The position numbers and the translations under genes are program-made. Below, in pieces: positions 40,499 through 51,837 of a DNA stretch of 64,000 bases. This stretch comes from Candidatus Poribacteria bacterium (GTDB taxonomy: Bacteria; Poribacteria; WGA-4E; JAJDTR01): positions 3,584,001 to 3,648,000 of the forward strand of contig CBDCTK010000002.1 in the NCBI GenBank assembly GCA_965222225.1, in the 5' to 3' direction. Within the stretch, counting starts at the first letter, position 1; each line of letters begins with the position of its first letter. Under the pieces are notes generated by a model that saw only the letters and a list, made by a program, of their open reading frames with translations, ran no database searches and was not told the DNA's origin.

Positions 40499-40561
40499 AG
40501 GTTGTTTTCCTTCGCAGGCACACCAATATTGCGAGCAACGGCAAGTTACTCCGTCCAATGC

Positions 40562-41785
40562 TCATCTCTGGAGGTCAAAGATTGTTTTCACCGTTCCTGA
40601 ACGTCCCGTGTGCAGCGCTGTCTCAATCGCGTCTCGGTAATCTTGCAGCGGAAATCGATCTCCGATTAAGGGCAGTAGCTGCTTCCCCATCTGTCCCAAA
40701 AGCAGAATCCCAAGCTCAAAAGTCCGAATCCGACTATCGTTATAGTTTTCCACGCCGTAGGTGTAAGCCCCGCTGACCTTCAATTCCTTGTACCAGATGG
40801 ATGTCCAATCAATATTCTTGGGAATAGCCGGCATTCCGACGACGAGGACGCGTCCTTGTGCCCGAGTAAAGCGCAGCGCATCGTCAATCGTGGTGGACGA
40901 GGCGACACAGTCAAACGTAACATCGGCGCCACCAAGCAAAACGGGTTTGCCCAACTCCGGTTGATGGGCTTCCGCCCCCGTCAAGCGGCAAAAATTGGCG
41001 TATAGATGCTTATCGTGTGAAATAACCTCGTCGGCGCCAAGTTCGCGCGCCAGTTTCTGTTGATGCGGGTATTTGGCGACAATAAGGATCCGGTTCGTTT
41101 TTTCGAGGGCGCGGATGACTGCCACTGTGAGTAAGCCCATGGTCCCCGCGCCGATAATCAGGATTTCATCTCTTTCATCCAAATCCGATTTGAGAACGCC
41201 GTGCAGCGCACAAGCAAACGGCTCGGCGAGTACGGCAATCTCATCGGAAAGCTCTTCGGGAACATGATGAAGTTGATTCTGATGGGCGATCAAGTATTCG
41301 CTCCAACCGCCGCCAGTGTCTCGGCAGTAACCGGTCTGGATTCCCGAGGAGATATTTCCCTTCGTAATGTTTTCGCAATTGGCAAACTGTCCACGCTGAC
41401 ACTGATGGCAAAACGGCTGAATTCCTCGGATAGCGCAGGATAACACAGGCTCAATGACGATTCGATCGCCGACAGCGTACCCTTCAACCTCGTCGCCGAC
41501 TTCCGCGATTTCCCCAACGACTTCGTGTCCCAACACAAATGGGGTAGAGGTGAAGGGGGAAAAATATGGGCTCCCCTTCGCGGTAATCGTCGCGAGATCG
41601 GAGCCACAAATCCCGCTCAAGCGCGTTTTGATTTTTACCCACTGTGCGCCAATCACTTGTGGCTCACTGATTTCAGCGAGATGTATGCACGAAACTCCAG
41701 AGGTGTACAATCCGCCGATGTGCTTGCCCAGCAGTCGAACAGCCAAATACCGCGGGATGCTTTTGACGTATTGAATTGCCTGCAT
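40562..41785 (-). CDS. Zinc-binding MDR dehydrogenase
   Basis: GICGSD, LGHEVVG, C..C..C..C structural Zn site, EPFACALH, GAGTMG. Confidence 0.9.
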   Translation of the reverse strand: MQAIQYVKSIPRYLAVRLLGKHIGGLYTSGVSCIHLAEISEPQVIGAQWVKIKTRLSGICGSDLATITAKGSPYFSPFTSTPFVLGHEVVGEIAEVGDEVEGYAVGDRIVIEPVLSCAIRGIQPFCHQCQRGQFANCENITKGNISSGIQTGYCRDTGGGWSEYLIAHQNQLHHVPEELSDEIAVLAEPFACALHGVLKSDLDERDEILIIGAGTMGLLTVAVIRALEKTNRILIVAKYPHQQKLARELGADEVISHDKHLYANFCRLTGAEAHQPELGKPVLLGGADVTFDCVASSTTIDDALRFTRAQGRVLVVGMPAIPKNIDWTSIWYKELKVSGAYTYGVENYNDSRIRTFELGILLLGQMGKQLLPLIGDRFPLQDYRDAIETALHTGRSGTVKTIFDLQR

Positions 41786-42167
41786 GATATTTGCCAAACT
41801 TGGTGCGTGGGATCGACCAAGCGATTAGCGAGGGCGATAGAAATCATTCATCAAATCGAAGATAGAATCTTCAATAAGTACGTGGTGTCTCGGAGGCATC
41901 GTCCAAATTAAGGACGAATTTCGGATTATGGGCGGAACTGGACGCCTTGGAATTCAGCCAAGAGTGCTACAACAACCCCCCGCTATGGCCTTCTGATATT
42001 TTTAACATTTTTTAGATCTGGTCGCTATCCAAGTGTCGCACCGCTGGGGCTTTTGATGTGTGATGGATTGGTGTTGCTATACGCCTTGGAGATCTCATCT
42101 GCGATTTGACGAGTGCAAATCTCTACAATCACTTGATTTACGGGAACTGGTGATTGACTGTTGTGTT

Positions 42168-43364
42168 CTAGGCGCGCTCTTCATCTTGGTAATACCGCAT
42201 CAGAATTTCGGCGACTTCGGAACGCGAAAATTCTTCGGGCAACATCTCGCCAGCTGCCAACATCTCTCTAACCTTTGTGCCTGACAGGAAGAGATAGTCC
42301 TCGGGCGCGTGTGGACAATCGCGCATCATGACAATTTCATCACACTTGTTGCACCAGACAGTATGGTCGCCGCGAAAGATTTTGATTTCAAGGGCATTTT
42401 CGGGTATCTCGTCAAAGATAGTCTGAGCATCAAATGGACCGTAGTAATCGCCAACACCGGCGTGATCTCGCCCGACGATCAGATCCGAGCAGCCGCAGTT
42501 CTGGCGGAATACGGCGTGTAGGAGCGCCTCGCATGGCCCGGCGTAGAGCATGTCGAAGCCGTACCCGGTTACAGAAACGGTGTTTTCGGGAAAATATAGC
42601 TCTACCATCTTCCGAATTGATGCATCGCGCACGTGAGCCGGAATGTCCCCCGGTTTTAATTTGCCGAGCAGCATGTGAATCAGGATTCCGTCTGCGCCGA
42701 CCGCTTTCTGGGCAATGCGGCATAATTCTTCGTGGGCGCGGTGCATGGGGTTTCGCGTTTGAAAAGCGACAACCTTGTTCCAGCCCCGATTTGCGATATC
42801 CTCGCGAATCTCGGGGGCGGTACGGAATGTATCGGCGAAATCGGATCTGAAATAGGAGAAGTTGAGCACTTGGATCTGCCCCGAGATTACCCGATCTCCC
42901 ATGGCGCTGAAAGCGGCGACTCCCGGATGCTCCGGATCAGTCGTACAAAAAGTGTGCTCAATGAGTGCCCCCTTTTGCGCCGCGGTGAGGACTTCAATCC
43001 CTGAAACATCCATGATTGCAAGAACCGGATTGTCATCCACATTCGGATCCCGCAACGCAATCCGGCTGGCATCCCTTGCCTCAGTTGCAAGTTGATCCGC
43101 CTTAACGATGTTCATTATCGGCACGGGCCAGAACAGCCCGTCCGGAGTGACCATGTTTTCGGCTACGCTAATGGCTTCGGGGATGTTCATGTACCCGGTA
43201 AGCGGATTAAAATAGCCTGAACCGAGCATTACCGCGGATGATGCCGCTCCCGAAGATATGATGATACTCGGTAAGTTTTGTGCCTCCTCTATCAATTCCG
43301 CACGCTGGGCATCATCCGCAACATAGAGTGGATTTAGTTTCTCGGATCCATGTGGTGCAATCAT
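42168..43364 (-). CDS. sat: Sulfate adenylyltransferase
   Basis: FQTRNPMHRAHE, GRDHAGVGDYYGPFDAQ, LSGTKVREML. Confidence 0.96.
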   Translation of the reverse strand: MIAPHGSEKLNPLYVADDAQRAELIEEAQNLPSIIISSGAASSAVMLGSGYFNPLTGYMNIPEAISVAENMVTPDGLFWPVPIMNIVKADQLATEARDASRIALRDPNVDDNPVLAIMDVSGIEVLTAAQKGALIEHTFCTTDPEHPGVAAFSAMGDRVISGQIQVLNFSYFRSDFADTFRTAPEIREDIANRGWNKVVAFQTRNPMHRAHEELCRIAQKAVGADGILIHMLLGKLKPGDIPAHVRDASIRKMVELYFPENTVSVTGYGFDMLYAGPCEALLHAVFRQNCGCSDLIVGRDHAGVGDYYGPFDAQTIFDEIPENALEIKIFRGDHTVWCNKCDEIVMMRDCPHAPEDYLFLSGTKVREMLAAGEMLPEEFSRSEVAEILMRYYQDEERA

Positions 43365-43425
43365 TCAATTCTCCTTAAGGTTCGTCAAAATGATTTTTTG
43401 GCGAAGGTACCGGGGGAAACAACGA

Positions 43426-43480
43426 GGGAGCTCTATCGCACGGGATTTGCTATCGCAGTCGCTGTTCGCTCCCTTGATCG
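43426..43480 (-). repeat. Family A repeat
   Basis: Reverse complement cgatcaagggagcgaacagcgactgcgatagcaaatcccgtgcgatagagctccc. Confidence 0.8.
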
Positions 43481-43622
43481 TTATTCCTTTCAAGCGACCT
43501 ACATCATGAAAGTATCGTCTAAACTCTTTAGCTCTGCTTTTTGCGCAAATCCTCGTAATCTAAACAGAAGAACGGCACGTGATGAGACCATCATCAAAGG
43601 TATGCAATTCACGTCCCCTTCT

Positions 43623-44285
43623 CTATAGCTTGCCTTTGAAATACAGACAGTGCTTTGTCAAGGCGCATTCATCGCACTTCGGTTTTCGGGCATTGCAAAT
43701 CTGCCGTCCAAACTGAATCAGGTTCATGTGGAAAGGAAATGCCCTTCCCTTGGGAATAATTTCTCCCATTAACTGATGCGCTTTGTCCGCAGTACAGTTT
43801 GGCGGAATGAACCCGAGTCGTTTGCTAATGCGCAGCACGTGGGTATCCACGGGGAACACGTCATGACCGCAAACAAAGGCGAGGGTGACGGAAGCCGTCT
43901 TGATGCCAATCCCCTTGTGTTGACAGAGGTATTGTCGGGCTGCCTCGGTCTCCATCTCGCAGACGAATTCCAAATCCAACACTCCACGTTCCGTATTTAG
44001 CCACGTCAGAAAGTCCTTAATGGTGCGGCTTTTTTGCGTGTGCAGCCCCGCAATCTTGATTGTCTTGCCGATCTCTTCGACTTCGGCTTTGCATACATCT
44101 TCCCACGTGGGGAACCTGTCCCTAAGAGCTGCATACCCTTTGTCACGGTTGACATCGTTCGTGTTTTGGGAGAGAACGGTGCGCATCAAACAGTCCAAGA
44201 CGTTGTCTTCGGCTTGCCCCTCATAGGCGCCAAGCGTCTCTTCCAATGTGTCGGCGACGAACTTTGCCTTCCGCTTAAGATTCAA
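43623..44285 (-). CDS. nth: Endonuclease III / HhH-GPD DNA glycosylase
   Basis: LSQNTND, KGIGIKTA, PVDTHV, C-x6-C-x2-C-x5-C Fe-S motif. Confidence 0.85.
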   Translation of the reverse strand: MNLKRKAKFVADTLEETLGAYEGQAEDNVLDCLMRTVLSQNTNDVNRDKGYAALRDRFPTWEDVCKAEVEEIGKTIKIAGLHTQKSRTIKDFLTWLNTERGVLDLEFVCEMETEAARQYLCQHKGIGIKTASVTLAFVCGHDVFPVDTHVLRISKRLGFIPPNCTADKAHQLMGEIIPKGRAFPFHMNLIQFGRQICNARKPKCDECALTKHCLYFKGKL

Positions 44286-44344
44286 CGGTACCTCCGGGCA
44301 GAATTGTAGGGGTGTTTACACTCTAGATCTTTGCTATCTCTCTG

Positions 44345-45418
44345 TCAATTAACGTAGAATTTCCGGTCGTTTTCTTCGGTAGCGTCGTCGTCCATTGAGA
44401 CGTTTAGTTTCTCCGCACACTGACATATCTGCCGGTATATAGTGTCCGGCAGGTCAATTCCGTGAACGAGACGATGGGTTCGGGCGCGGTATTCAAAGTC
44501 GCCCGGCACTAACACTTCGTCGAATCCCGGCGCCGGGGGAGTCCGCTTCATTCCATCGAGGAAGGCTCGCACCCCCTGTTGGTACTCTTTCAAAGGGGTA
44601 TAAGCCTCTATATTGATTGCCTGCATAAAGAAGCCGTGCATTGATCCGCTTTCAATATTGAAGTTCCCGGACAAACCTCCGAGCATGCAGACTAGCAATG
44701 ACAGCGCGTATCCTTTGTGACCGCCGAAGGGCAACATGGAACCGCCGTCAAAGTAATCCGCCGTTTTGATCGACGGGTTGCCGTGTTTATCCAAAATAGA
44801 GCCTTCCGGCAAATCAATCCCTTTGCTCTGCGCCACCTGAATTTTGCCCTGCGCAATCATGCTCGTCGCGTAATCAATGATGAACGGCGAGTCATCACCC
44901 GTCGGGACGCCAACGGCGATGGGATTCGTTCCAAGACCGCCCTTCAAACCGCCAAACGGCACGACAGCGCCCGCCTGTCCACATCCACTGCCGATCGTAA
45001 CAACCCCGATACATCCCTCACGAGTTGCAGCCTCTACATATTCCCCCAATCGACCGATATGACCCGTACTAGCTAGGCTTAGACCGCAGAAATTCGCCTT
45101 CTTCGCTTTGGCGATTGTCCACTTCATCGCTTGCCGCGCAGCGAAGTGACCGAGACAGTTTCCTCCATCCACAATCAACGTCGTGTCGGTTTCTTTGATA
45201 ATCACAGGCTCAGACGTAGGGTTTAAGCCGCCGTTTTCAATGCCGTGCAAATAGACGGGAATCCGGAGCACGCCGTGCGAGTCGTGTCCGGCGAGGTTGG
45301 CATTGACCAGAATCTGAGCTACGTCCTGAGCGATATGGAGCGGCGTGCCGGCTGCGACAAACAACCGGCGGGCAATCGAATGAAGGTGACTGGCTTGGAA
45401 GTTATGGCTTTCTGCCAT
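44345..45418 (-). CDS. Ldh_2 family oxidoreductase
   Basis: ANLAGHDSHG, GHIGRLG, GTNPIA, PFGGHKGYAL, VLVPGD. Confidence 0.9.
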   Translation of the reverse strand: MAESHNFQASHLHSIARRLFVAAGTPLHIAQDVAQILVNANLAGHDSHGVLRIPVYLHGIENGGLNPTSEPVIIKETDTTLIVDGGNCLGHFAARQAMKWTIAKAKKANFCGLSLASTGHIGRLGEYVEAATREGCIGVVTIGSGCGQAGAVVPFGGLKGGLGTNPIAVGVPTGDDSPFIIDYATSMIAQGKIQVAQSKGIDLPEGSILDKHGNPSIKTADYFDGGSMLPFGGHKGYALSLLVCMLGGLSGNFNIESGSMHGFFMQAINIEAYTPLKEYQQGVRAFLDGMKRTPPAPGFDEVLVPGDFEYRARTHRLVHGIDLPDTIYRQICQCAEKLNVSMDDDATEENDRKFYVN

Positions 45419-45518
45419 GTATTTTACTCCTCAAAGGTGCCGGTGGATTCGACGAACCGAAGAATTCTTCCAATTCAAAGCGAATGTTGGTATTAAAGCC
45501 TATCTTGCGAAACGACTC

Positions 45519-45560
45519 GGAAGATAGGATTGGAAGGATGGAAGAGCGGAAGGTTGGGGA
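45519..45560 (+). repeat. Purine-rich GATTGGAAGGAT(G/A)GAAG repeat, family E
   Basis: Related copies at about 49109-49140 (+) and 59188-59222 (-). Confidence 0.55.
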
Positions 45561-46037
45561 ACTCCGCCCCCGCGCATCGGTTAAAATGTAAATAATCTCC
45601 ACCATTGACGGAGACCGGGGAAAAGCGATGGTACTAAAAGCATTGAGTATAACACAGGATAGCGTGAAACGGAAAGGATTTGTGATTTCACGTGAAGGTA
45701 ATTACACCTGATTTTTGGTTGTAGGGGCGTTCTTTTCGTCGCTCCAAACCGGGCATGCAACGAACCGGGCATGCAACGAAAAGAAATCAATGATTTAATG
45801 ATTACAGATTCTCTAGAATTGGGTGCGGTTGTTCCGTTGTACGACGGCTTTGGGCTTGACGGATTTCTAGAGGGAACGTATAATGCGATTGATTTCGAGA
45901 GGAATGCAGCACACCCACAGAAAGCAAAAATCATCCTTAATCCGCCATTGAAAGATTGCAACTACAATCTCGCGTTATCCCTGCTGATTGTTTAGTTTCA
46001 TACCGGGCAGACATCCTAAAACGACACTGGAGGAAAT

Positions 46038-46856
46038 GTGGTGGATTCAGAATACACGGAGCCTGTGGCGCTACTGTTAACCTATGGAGATCCCCGCGAC
46101 GAAACAGAATGGCCAGATTATCTGTCGCTTGGGTTCACGGAGGAACATGTCCCTGAACTCATAAAAATGGCAACTGACGAAGACCTTAACTGGACTAGCT
46201 CTGAGAGTCTGGAAGTCTAGGCTCCGGTGCACGCCTGGCGCACATTCGCGCAACTCCAAGCAGAAGAAGCAATCGAGCCGTTGTTGGCTCTGTTTGATTT
46301 CTCTGAAGATTTCGATGATGATTGGGTGCTATCGGAGTTTCTGACCGTTTATGGCATGATAGGGTCAAAAGCTATTCCGGCACTGGCAGGGAATTTGTCC
46401 GAGAATTCTGCCGAGGTAATGTCTGGCATTTCGGTAGTAGACTGTATTAAAGAGATAGGTAAGACGCATCCGGATGCCAAATCGGAATGCGTTCAGGTAT
46501 TGAACTCACAACTGGAATAATTTCAATACAATTCTTCGACATTGAACGGTTTCTTGATTAGCGGTCTCGTCGGGTTGCAGGCGGTAGACCGTTTGCCTTT
46601 GATACGACAAGCGTTCGAAAACGGGCGGGTTGATTTGTCGATAGTGGGAGATATTGAAGATGTAGAGATCGACTTGAACGTGAGAAAAGAGCGGTCAACT
46701 TCCCGCCCGCTGTTATTCGAGGAGGTCCGGCAGGTTTTATCTGGGTTGAATAGCGACAATTTAAACCAAGAGCCGCGAGAATTGAAGATTGGCAGAAATG
46801 ATCCTTGCCCTTGCGGCAGTGGACGGAAGTACAAGAAATGTTGTCTTAACAAATGA
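46038..46856 (+). pseudogene. HEAT/DUF1186-like plus SEC-C motif protein, pseudogene
   Basis: Three ORF pieces in one frame separated by TAG (46218) and TAA (46518); ends [20 protein letters not shown]. Confidence 0.85.
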
Positions 46857-47047
46857 ATGGACGCACAGGGGAAAAGCAGCGATCTGTGAGGGGAAGAAAT
46901 AGAAAGACACGAGGAGCGAAGGAATACGGATTGTCATGAATGGCGAAAGAGAAGCGGGGAAATCGAATCGCGGATTAAGAAAATCCCATGTTCAATATGT
47001 GAGGTTAATTCTTGGCACTTCCGTAACGAATCCTTGGAGGATTACCT

Positions 47048-48403
47048 ATGAGGGCTAACCCAATTGGGGATAACAATGCGATGGAAGTGGGCGTCGCCAG
47101 TACAATTATAACACCGCCGGTTGGCGGATGGCTGCTTGGCCCTGTGGCTCGTAGTACCGGCGTTCACGACGACCTTTACGCGAAAGTGCTGGTGTTGAAT
47201 GATGGCAACCAAGCAGTGGCGATTCAGTGTCTGAATCTCGTCGGATTGTCCCACGCCTTCAACGATGAACTCATTGCATTGATTCGAGGGCGAACTCACG
47301 TCGAGACGGTGCTTATCAACTGTAGTCACACCCATTCGTCGCCATTCTCGATGCCGTGGAGTTTCAACGGCTGGAAAGCGCATTGTGAGGAGGAAACCGA
47401 ATGGTGTGACGAACTGCGTGCGGCGATACCGGGCATTGTCGAGGAGGCGACAGCGCGGATGACGCCCGTGAGTTTACACGCGGCGCGGAATCCGGTAAAG
47501 ATTGGCGCGAATCGGCGCCTCATGACCGAAAATGGCATCGTTATGGCTCCGAATCCGGATGGGCAGGAAACGCCTTGGGTGGATGTTCTTCAGGTTGTAG
47601 AAAAGGGGGGCGATAACCTTGCAGTGCTTTTCACCTATGCCGCACATCCGGTTATCGTGCACGCCGCAAGTAGGCTTATCAGCACCGATTATTGTGGTGT
47701 AACGGTGGATGTCATTCGAGAACAGCTCGGAGAAGGTGTGCTGCCTCTCTTTGCACAAGGGTGTTCCGGCAACATCAACGGTCATCCTCTCCGCAGTGGA
47801 CATGCCAAAGCGGAGGATGCCGGCGTAAAGCTGGGCAATGCCGTCTTGGAGGCAATTTACGTCGAAGAGTGTGTTCCGATAGAAGCGGACACGTTTAGGG
47901 TTACCTCCGAGACGCTTCGGTTGCCGTGCGAAGAACTACCGAGCGCCCAATCGTGCACCGAAGTTATTAGCGAATTGGAGGAGGAGATTCAAAAAGAGGG
48001 AGGTGGATGGGGGGTAGAAAACAAACTCAACTGTCTGAAGTCGCTCCGGAGCAAGATAGAAAAGAACCAACAACCTGAAGTGCGATTCGGTATCACGGCG
48101 GTGATGCTAGGCGACGAGTGGTGTCTGGTAGCCATGCCGCACGAGGTATTCTGTGATTACGCACTCTGGATGGAGGAGGTATCTCCATTTGTGCGCACCG
48201 TGGCTTGGGGCTACACCAACGGCTGCGAGTCTTACATTCCGACGGACAAAGACTTGGAACTAGGCGTGCGAGGTGGTTATGAGGCGGCGCGTTTTCCCCG
48301 TTTGGCGGCAGCATTGGGGTACGCGAGTCGTCTAGCTTGCCGACCGGGTATTGAAGGACAGATTAAGGATGGCATCCGCCGAATCTGGAGCCAGAAGGAA
48401 TAA
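47048..48403 (+). CDS. Neutral/alkaline ceramidase-like hydrolase
   Basis: GVHDDLYAKVLVL, NCSHTHSSP, YAAHP, FAQGCSGNIN, GYTNG..YIPT..GGYE. Start may be 47081. Confidence 0.75.
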   Translation: MRANPIGDNNAMEVGVASTIITPPVGGWLLGPVARSTGVHDDLYAKVLVLNDGNQAVAIQCLNLVGLSHAFNDELIALIRGRTHVETVLINCSHTHSSPFSMPWSFNGWKAHCEEETEWCDELRAAIPGIVEEATARMTPVSLHAARNPVKIGANRRLMTENGIVMAPNPDGQETPWVDVLQVVEKGGDNLAVLFTYAAHPVIVHAASRLISTDYCGVTVDVIREQLGEGVLPLFAQGCSGNINGHPLRSGHAKAEDAGVKLGNAVLEAIYVEECVPIEADTFRVTSETLRLPCEELPSAQSCTEVISELEEEIQKEGGGWGVENKLNCLKSLRSKIEKNQQPEVRFGITAVMLGDEWCLVAMPHEVFCDYALWMEEVSPFVRTVAWGYTNGCESYIPTDKDLELGVRGGYEAARFPRLAAALGYASRLACRPGIEGQIKDGIRRIWSQKE

Positions 48404-48623
48404 GCAGTAAGTCTTAATCGCAACATTCACGGCAGTAGTTGGGTTAGTAACGGCTGCTTTTCTTACGTTTGAAGGATTGATTTTCTAGCCACTGAATTTT
48501 CACTTGACTTCTGAGTAGAATAATGTGTACCATTAAGCCTACTTTCTGTTCTAGAGTGTGATGGCTGGTAACGTCGTTTACGGTTCCAAATAGAAATATT
48601 CAAGAAAGGCGGGAGTATACCGA

Positions 48624-48974
48624 ATGTCGATGATTTACCTTGAGGACGTACTAAAAATCGTTGATAACAAATACTTGGCGGTGAACATGGCTGCTCAACG
48701 TGCGCGCCAATTGAATGAAAGGGAGTTTGCGCTTCTTAGCTCAGCGACGCAGAAACCTGCGACAGTTGCCTCGGAAGAACTCATCAAAGGAAAAATCGGG
48801 TACAGAATTGCGGATCCGGCTGCACAGGATTCCGACGAACTGGTAATCTTCAGTACCGACCCCAATGAGGCTGCGGCGGATGGAGACGCCTTGGATGAGG
48901 CTGTTCAAACCGAATACTACGCTGAAGGGACAAATGTTGTAGTGGATTCAGAGGAGCGTGAAGAGGGACTGTAA
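48624..48974 (+). CDS. rpoZ: RNA polymerase omega subunit with an acidic tail
   Basis: VDNKYLAVNMAAQRARQL..KPATVASEEL. Confidence 0.85.
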   Translation: MSMIYLEDVLKIVDNKYLAVNMAAQRARQLNEREFALLSSATQKPATVASEELIKGKIGYRIADPAAQDSDELVIFSTDPNEAAADGDALDEAVQTEYYAEGTNVVVDSEEREEGL

Positions 48975-48998
48975 CCAAGTGACTTGAATTCCCGATTG

Positions 48999-49033
48999 AA
49001 AAAGCCCTGTGTATTTATACACAGGGCTTTTTT
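48999..49033. terminator. Intrinsic, probably bidirectional terminator
   Basis: AAAAAGCCCTGTGTAT-T-TATACACAGGGCTTTTTT between convergent genes. Confidence 0.85.
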
Positions 49034-49217
49034 GTTTCTTCAAAATTCAACAGATTTCCACAAACCATGGAACTCGTCACTAATGCGGAATCCGCCAATT
49101 GGGTAAGAGATTGGAAGGATAGAAGAGTAAAAGGTTGGAAAATTCTCTTCCATACTACCTTCGAGATATAAAGTCTATTCTCCAAACTTGCTCATGTCAC
49201 GCTAAGAAATCCAGATT

Positions 49218-49604
49218 CTATCTTTCCAGTAGTTCAACTTCATAACCATCCGGATCGGTGATAAACGCCATCTTCATTCCATCCGAAGTAAATTGTTCAC
49301 GCCAGCCATCGGGCCAAATTTCAAGCCCCGCTTTTTCCAGCTTATCGCAGAACGACACGAGATCCGGGACACCGATGGCAAAGTGCATCAAATCCTCCGG
49401 AACATTGAGGTCGTAATCGGAGGAATAGGTAAACTCAAGCGTGTGCAGGTTGCCGGGTAATTCCATGTGCACAATCTGGTTACCTGCCGGTGACTTGTCG
49501 CTCCGGCTTTTCATCACGAAGCCAAGGTGGTCGGCGTACCATTTAATAGACCGATCCAAATCGCTCACGCGGACGCGAGTGTGTAGAAATTCTGCCATTT
49601 TCAT
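49218..49604 (-). CDS. VOC/glyoxalase I family protein
   Basis: FLHTRVRVSDLDRS, HFAIGV, AFITDPDGYEVEL. Confidence 0.9.
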   Translation of the reverse strand: MKMAEFLHTRVRVSDLDRSIKWYADHLGFVMKSRSDKSPAGNQIVHMELPGNLHTLEFTYSSDYDLNVPEDLMHFAIGVPDLVSFCDKLEKAGLEIWPDGWREQFTSDGMKMAFITDPDGYEVELLER

Positions 49605-49730
49605 CTCCTTGTGTTAATTGGTTTGTACCAAAATCAGTTTATCAAGTTAGCGCATTGAAGTCAATCTTCCAAATCAGGAAGAATCTAGGATAGGAAAGGG
49701 AAGCTTCCCTAGTTGGGTTGACTATGAGCT

Positions 49731-49761
49731 GTTGGTTTTCACTTCTTGCAACCCAACCTAC
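49731..49761 (-). repeat. REP family B, short form
   Basis: Reverse complement gtaggttgggttgcaagaagtgaaaaccaac. Confidence 0.65.
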
Positions 49762-49781
49762 GGATTGAAGATTGGTATTAC

Positions 49782-51837
49782 TCAAAAACGCCGTACCAAT
49801 TCGAGGCTCCAATACCGGGGTTCATTGACATAGCCGGTCAGATTGTTAAAGTCAATGCCCCCGGCGGGAAGCGCGACAATATAGCGCGCAGTCACATCTG
49901 CAATCCAGCCCGGAGCCTGCGGCAGACCGTTCCCGTCAATGGAAAAAGTCCCGGAAGCAGCGGAAGCGGGCGGGTCCAGAACCGTACACGGTGCACCGCA
50001 GCCCTGCACCGCCAAATGCGGATCGTCAATACGCGTATGGTTGTAACTAAGCCCGGCTGAAACCTCCAATGATGTAATCGGTAGAATGGTCAACTCGGTC
50101 TCGAAGCCGCGTCCAATGGCGCTCTCGGCGTTCACCAACCGATTAAAATTGGTCTCGCCGCCCACTGCGGTGAGCTGTTGATCTTGCATGAAGTAGTGGA
50201 ACGCAGCCATATTCAGGTGCAACCGTTGTCCCCAAAGGCGTAATTTCGTGCCGCCTTCAAAGGAAAGAATCGTCTCCGTATCCGCCAGCGTGACGGCGTC
50301 GCCAAACAGCAAGCGTCCCTGAATGCTTGGCGTCCGAAACCCTCGCGCCGCACGCAAATACGTCTGCACGCCCGCCCGGCGCCGCGCGATAGCGCAGGTT
50401 CAGGTCTCCGCTCCATACCGTGTCCTGAGGGTTCTGGTGAATGGGACCCAGCGGGCCCGCGCCCGTAACAGCAGGCGCTTCGTCTCGCCATGCCGTATAG
50501 TCCTTTGCGTCATCGGACAATCGTAGCCCGGCGCTCAATTCCAACTCTTCGAGCCATTGGAAAGTCATCGCCGCAAATGCCGCCCGCGCGGTAGCCTCCT
50601 GCTCTTGGCGTACCATCCCATCCAAGGTACCTCCAGCCAAGGTATTGTAGTTGATATCCTCCATCTCCACGAACTCGCGGAAATAATACAATCCGAACTG
50701 ATAGGCGAGGCGGCGCGCTCCCGCACTCATCAGGCGGACTTCTTGGCTAAACTGGCGCAGCGTGGGAATGCCGGACGCGGTTTCAGACGGAAAAGGAATC
50801 TCGCCGGGGCCACTGAGCTGACTAAACGCAGCACCGTACCCTCCATCAATGTCTCCGCGCGAAAAATTGGTGAGCCGCTCAAGTCCCGTCAACGAAACCA
50901 GTTGGAAGGAAGTTCCCGATGTCGTAACGCACTTCAACTGCCAAGCCGTGCGTTCTCAGGGTTTGCTCATTGCGCCCGTCGTGCGCAATGCGGTCACGGG
51001 CAAAGTCCTGCACCAAATCTCCTTCTCCTTGCATCAAGGTATTGGCACGAAACAGGCGAGCGGTGCCATCAAGATCGCGAGCATGGAGTTTGAACCATGC
51101 CTCCAGCTCCGGTATAGGTGTCCACAGCAACTGTAGGCGTCCAGCCAAGTCCCGATGTCCTCCTAGCGCATTTTCTTCGTCCGTGTACTCGTTATCCACC
51201 CAGCCTCCCGCCGCTGGGTGAGCAGCGAAAGCCGCGCGGAAAGCACAGATGGCACGAGCGGGCCCGATACGGCACCTTCAAAATTAACGCTGTTGAACCG
51301 CCCGTAACTCAACCGTCCGTATCCCTCTAGGCTCTGGGTGGGACGCGCCGACTCAAACTTTACGGTGCCCGCAGGCGTGTTGCGTCCAAAAAGCGTGCCT
51401 TGCGGTCCTCGCAGCACCTCAATCCGATCCAGATCGAAGGCGGGAAATCCTTTCAACAAAGCATTTTCGAGCACAACCCCGTCGTGGAGAACCGAAACCG
51501 GCTGCGAAGCGTTAAGGTCAAAGTCCGTATTGCCAAGCCCGCGGATATAAAAGCGCGGAAAGACTCGTCCAAACGACGACTCCATCTGGAAACTTGGCGT
51601 GCGGTTTGACAAAAAACGGACATCCATGCCCGACGATCGCAAGGCGTCGAATTTCTCGCCCCGGACAGTCGAAACGGAGAGCGGCACCTCAAAAGACCGC
51701 TGCTCCCGCTTGCGAGCGGTAACCACGACCTCTTCCATCACAATACTCTCTTCGGCTTTCTCGTCAGCAACGACTGTTAAAGATACCGACAGCGTTATCG
51801 AGCAAGCAAGGACACAAAACTGTTTGGCAATGTTCAT
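49782..51837 (-). pseudogene. TonB-dependent receptor, frameshifted pseudogene
   Basis: EEVVVTARKRE, RIEVLRGPQGTLFGRN plug; four fragments in different frames (shifts near 51205, 50910 and 50380); terminal aromatic RRF. Confidence 0.88.

Noticed and set aside
45747-45780. Tandem 16-bp duplication AACCGGGCATGCAACG x2
   Set aside because: Only two units, inside a degenerate GTAGGGGCG-type REP; most likely local slippage.
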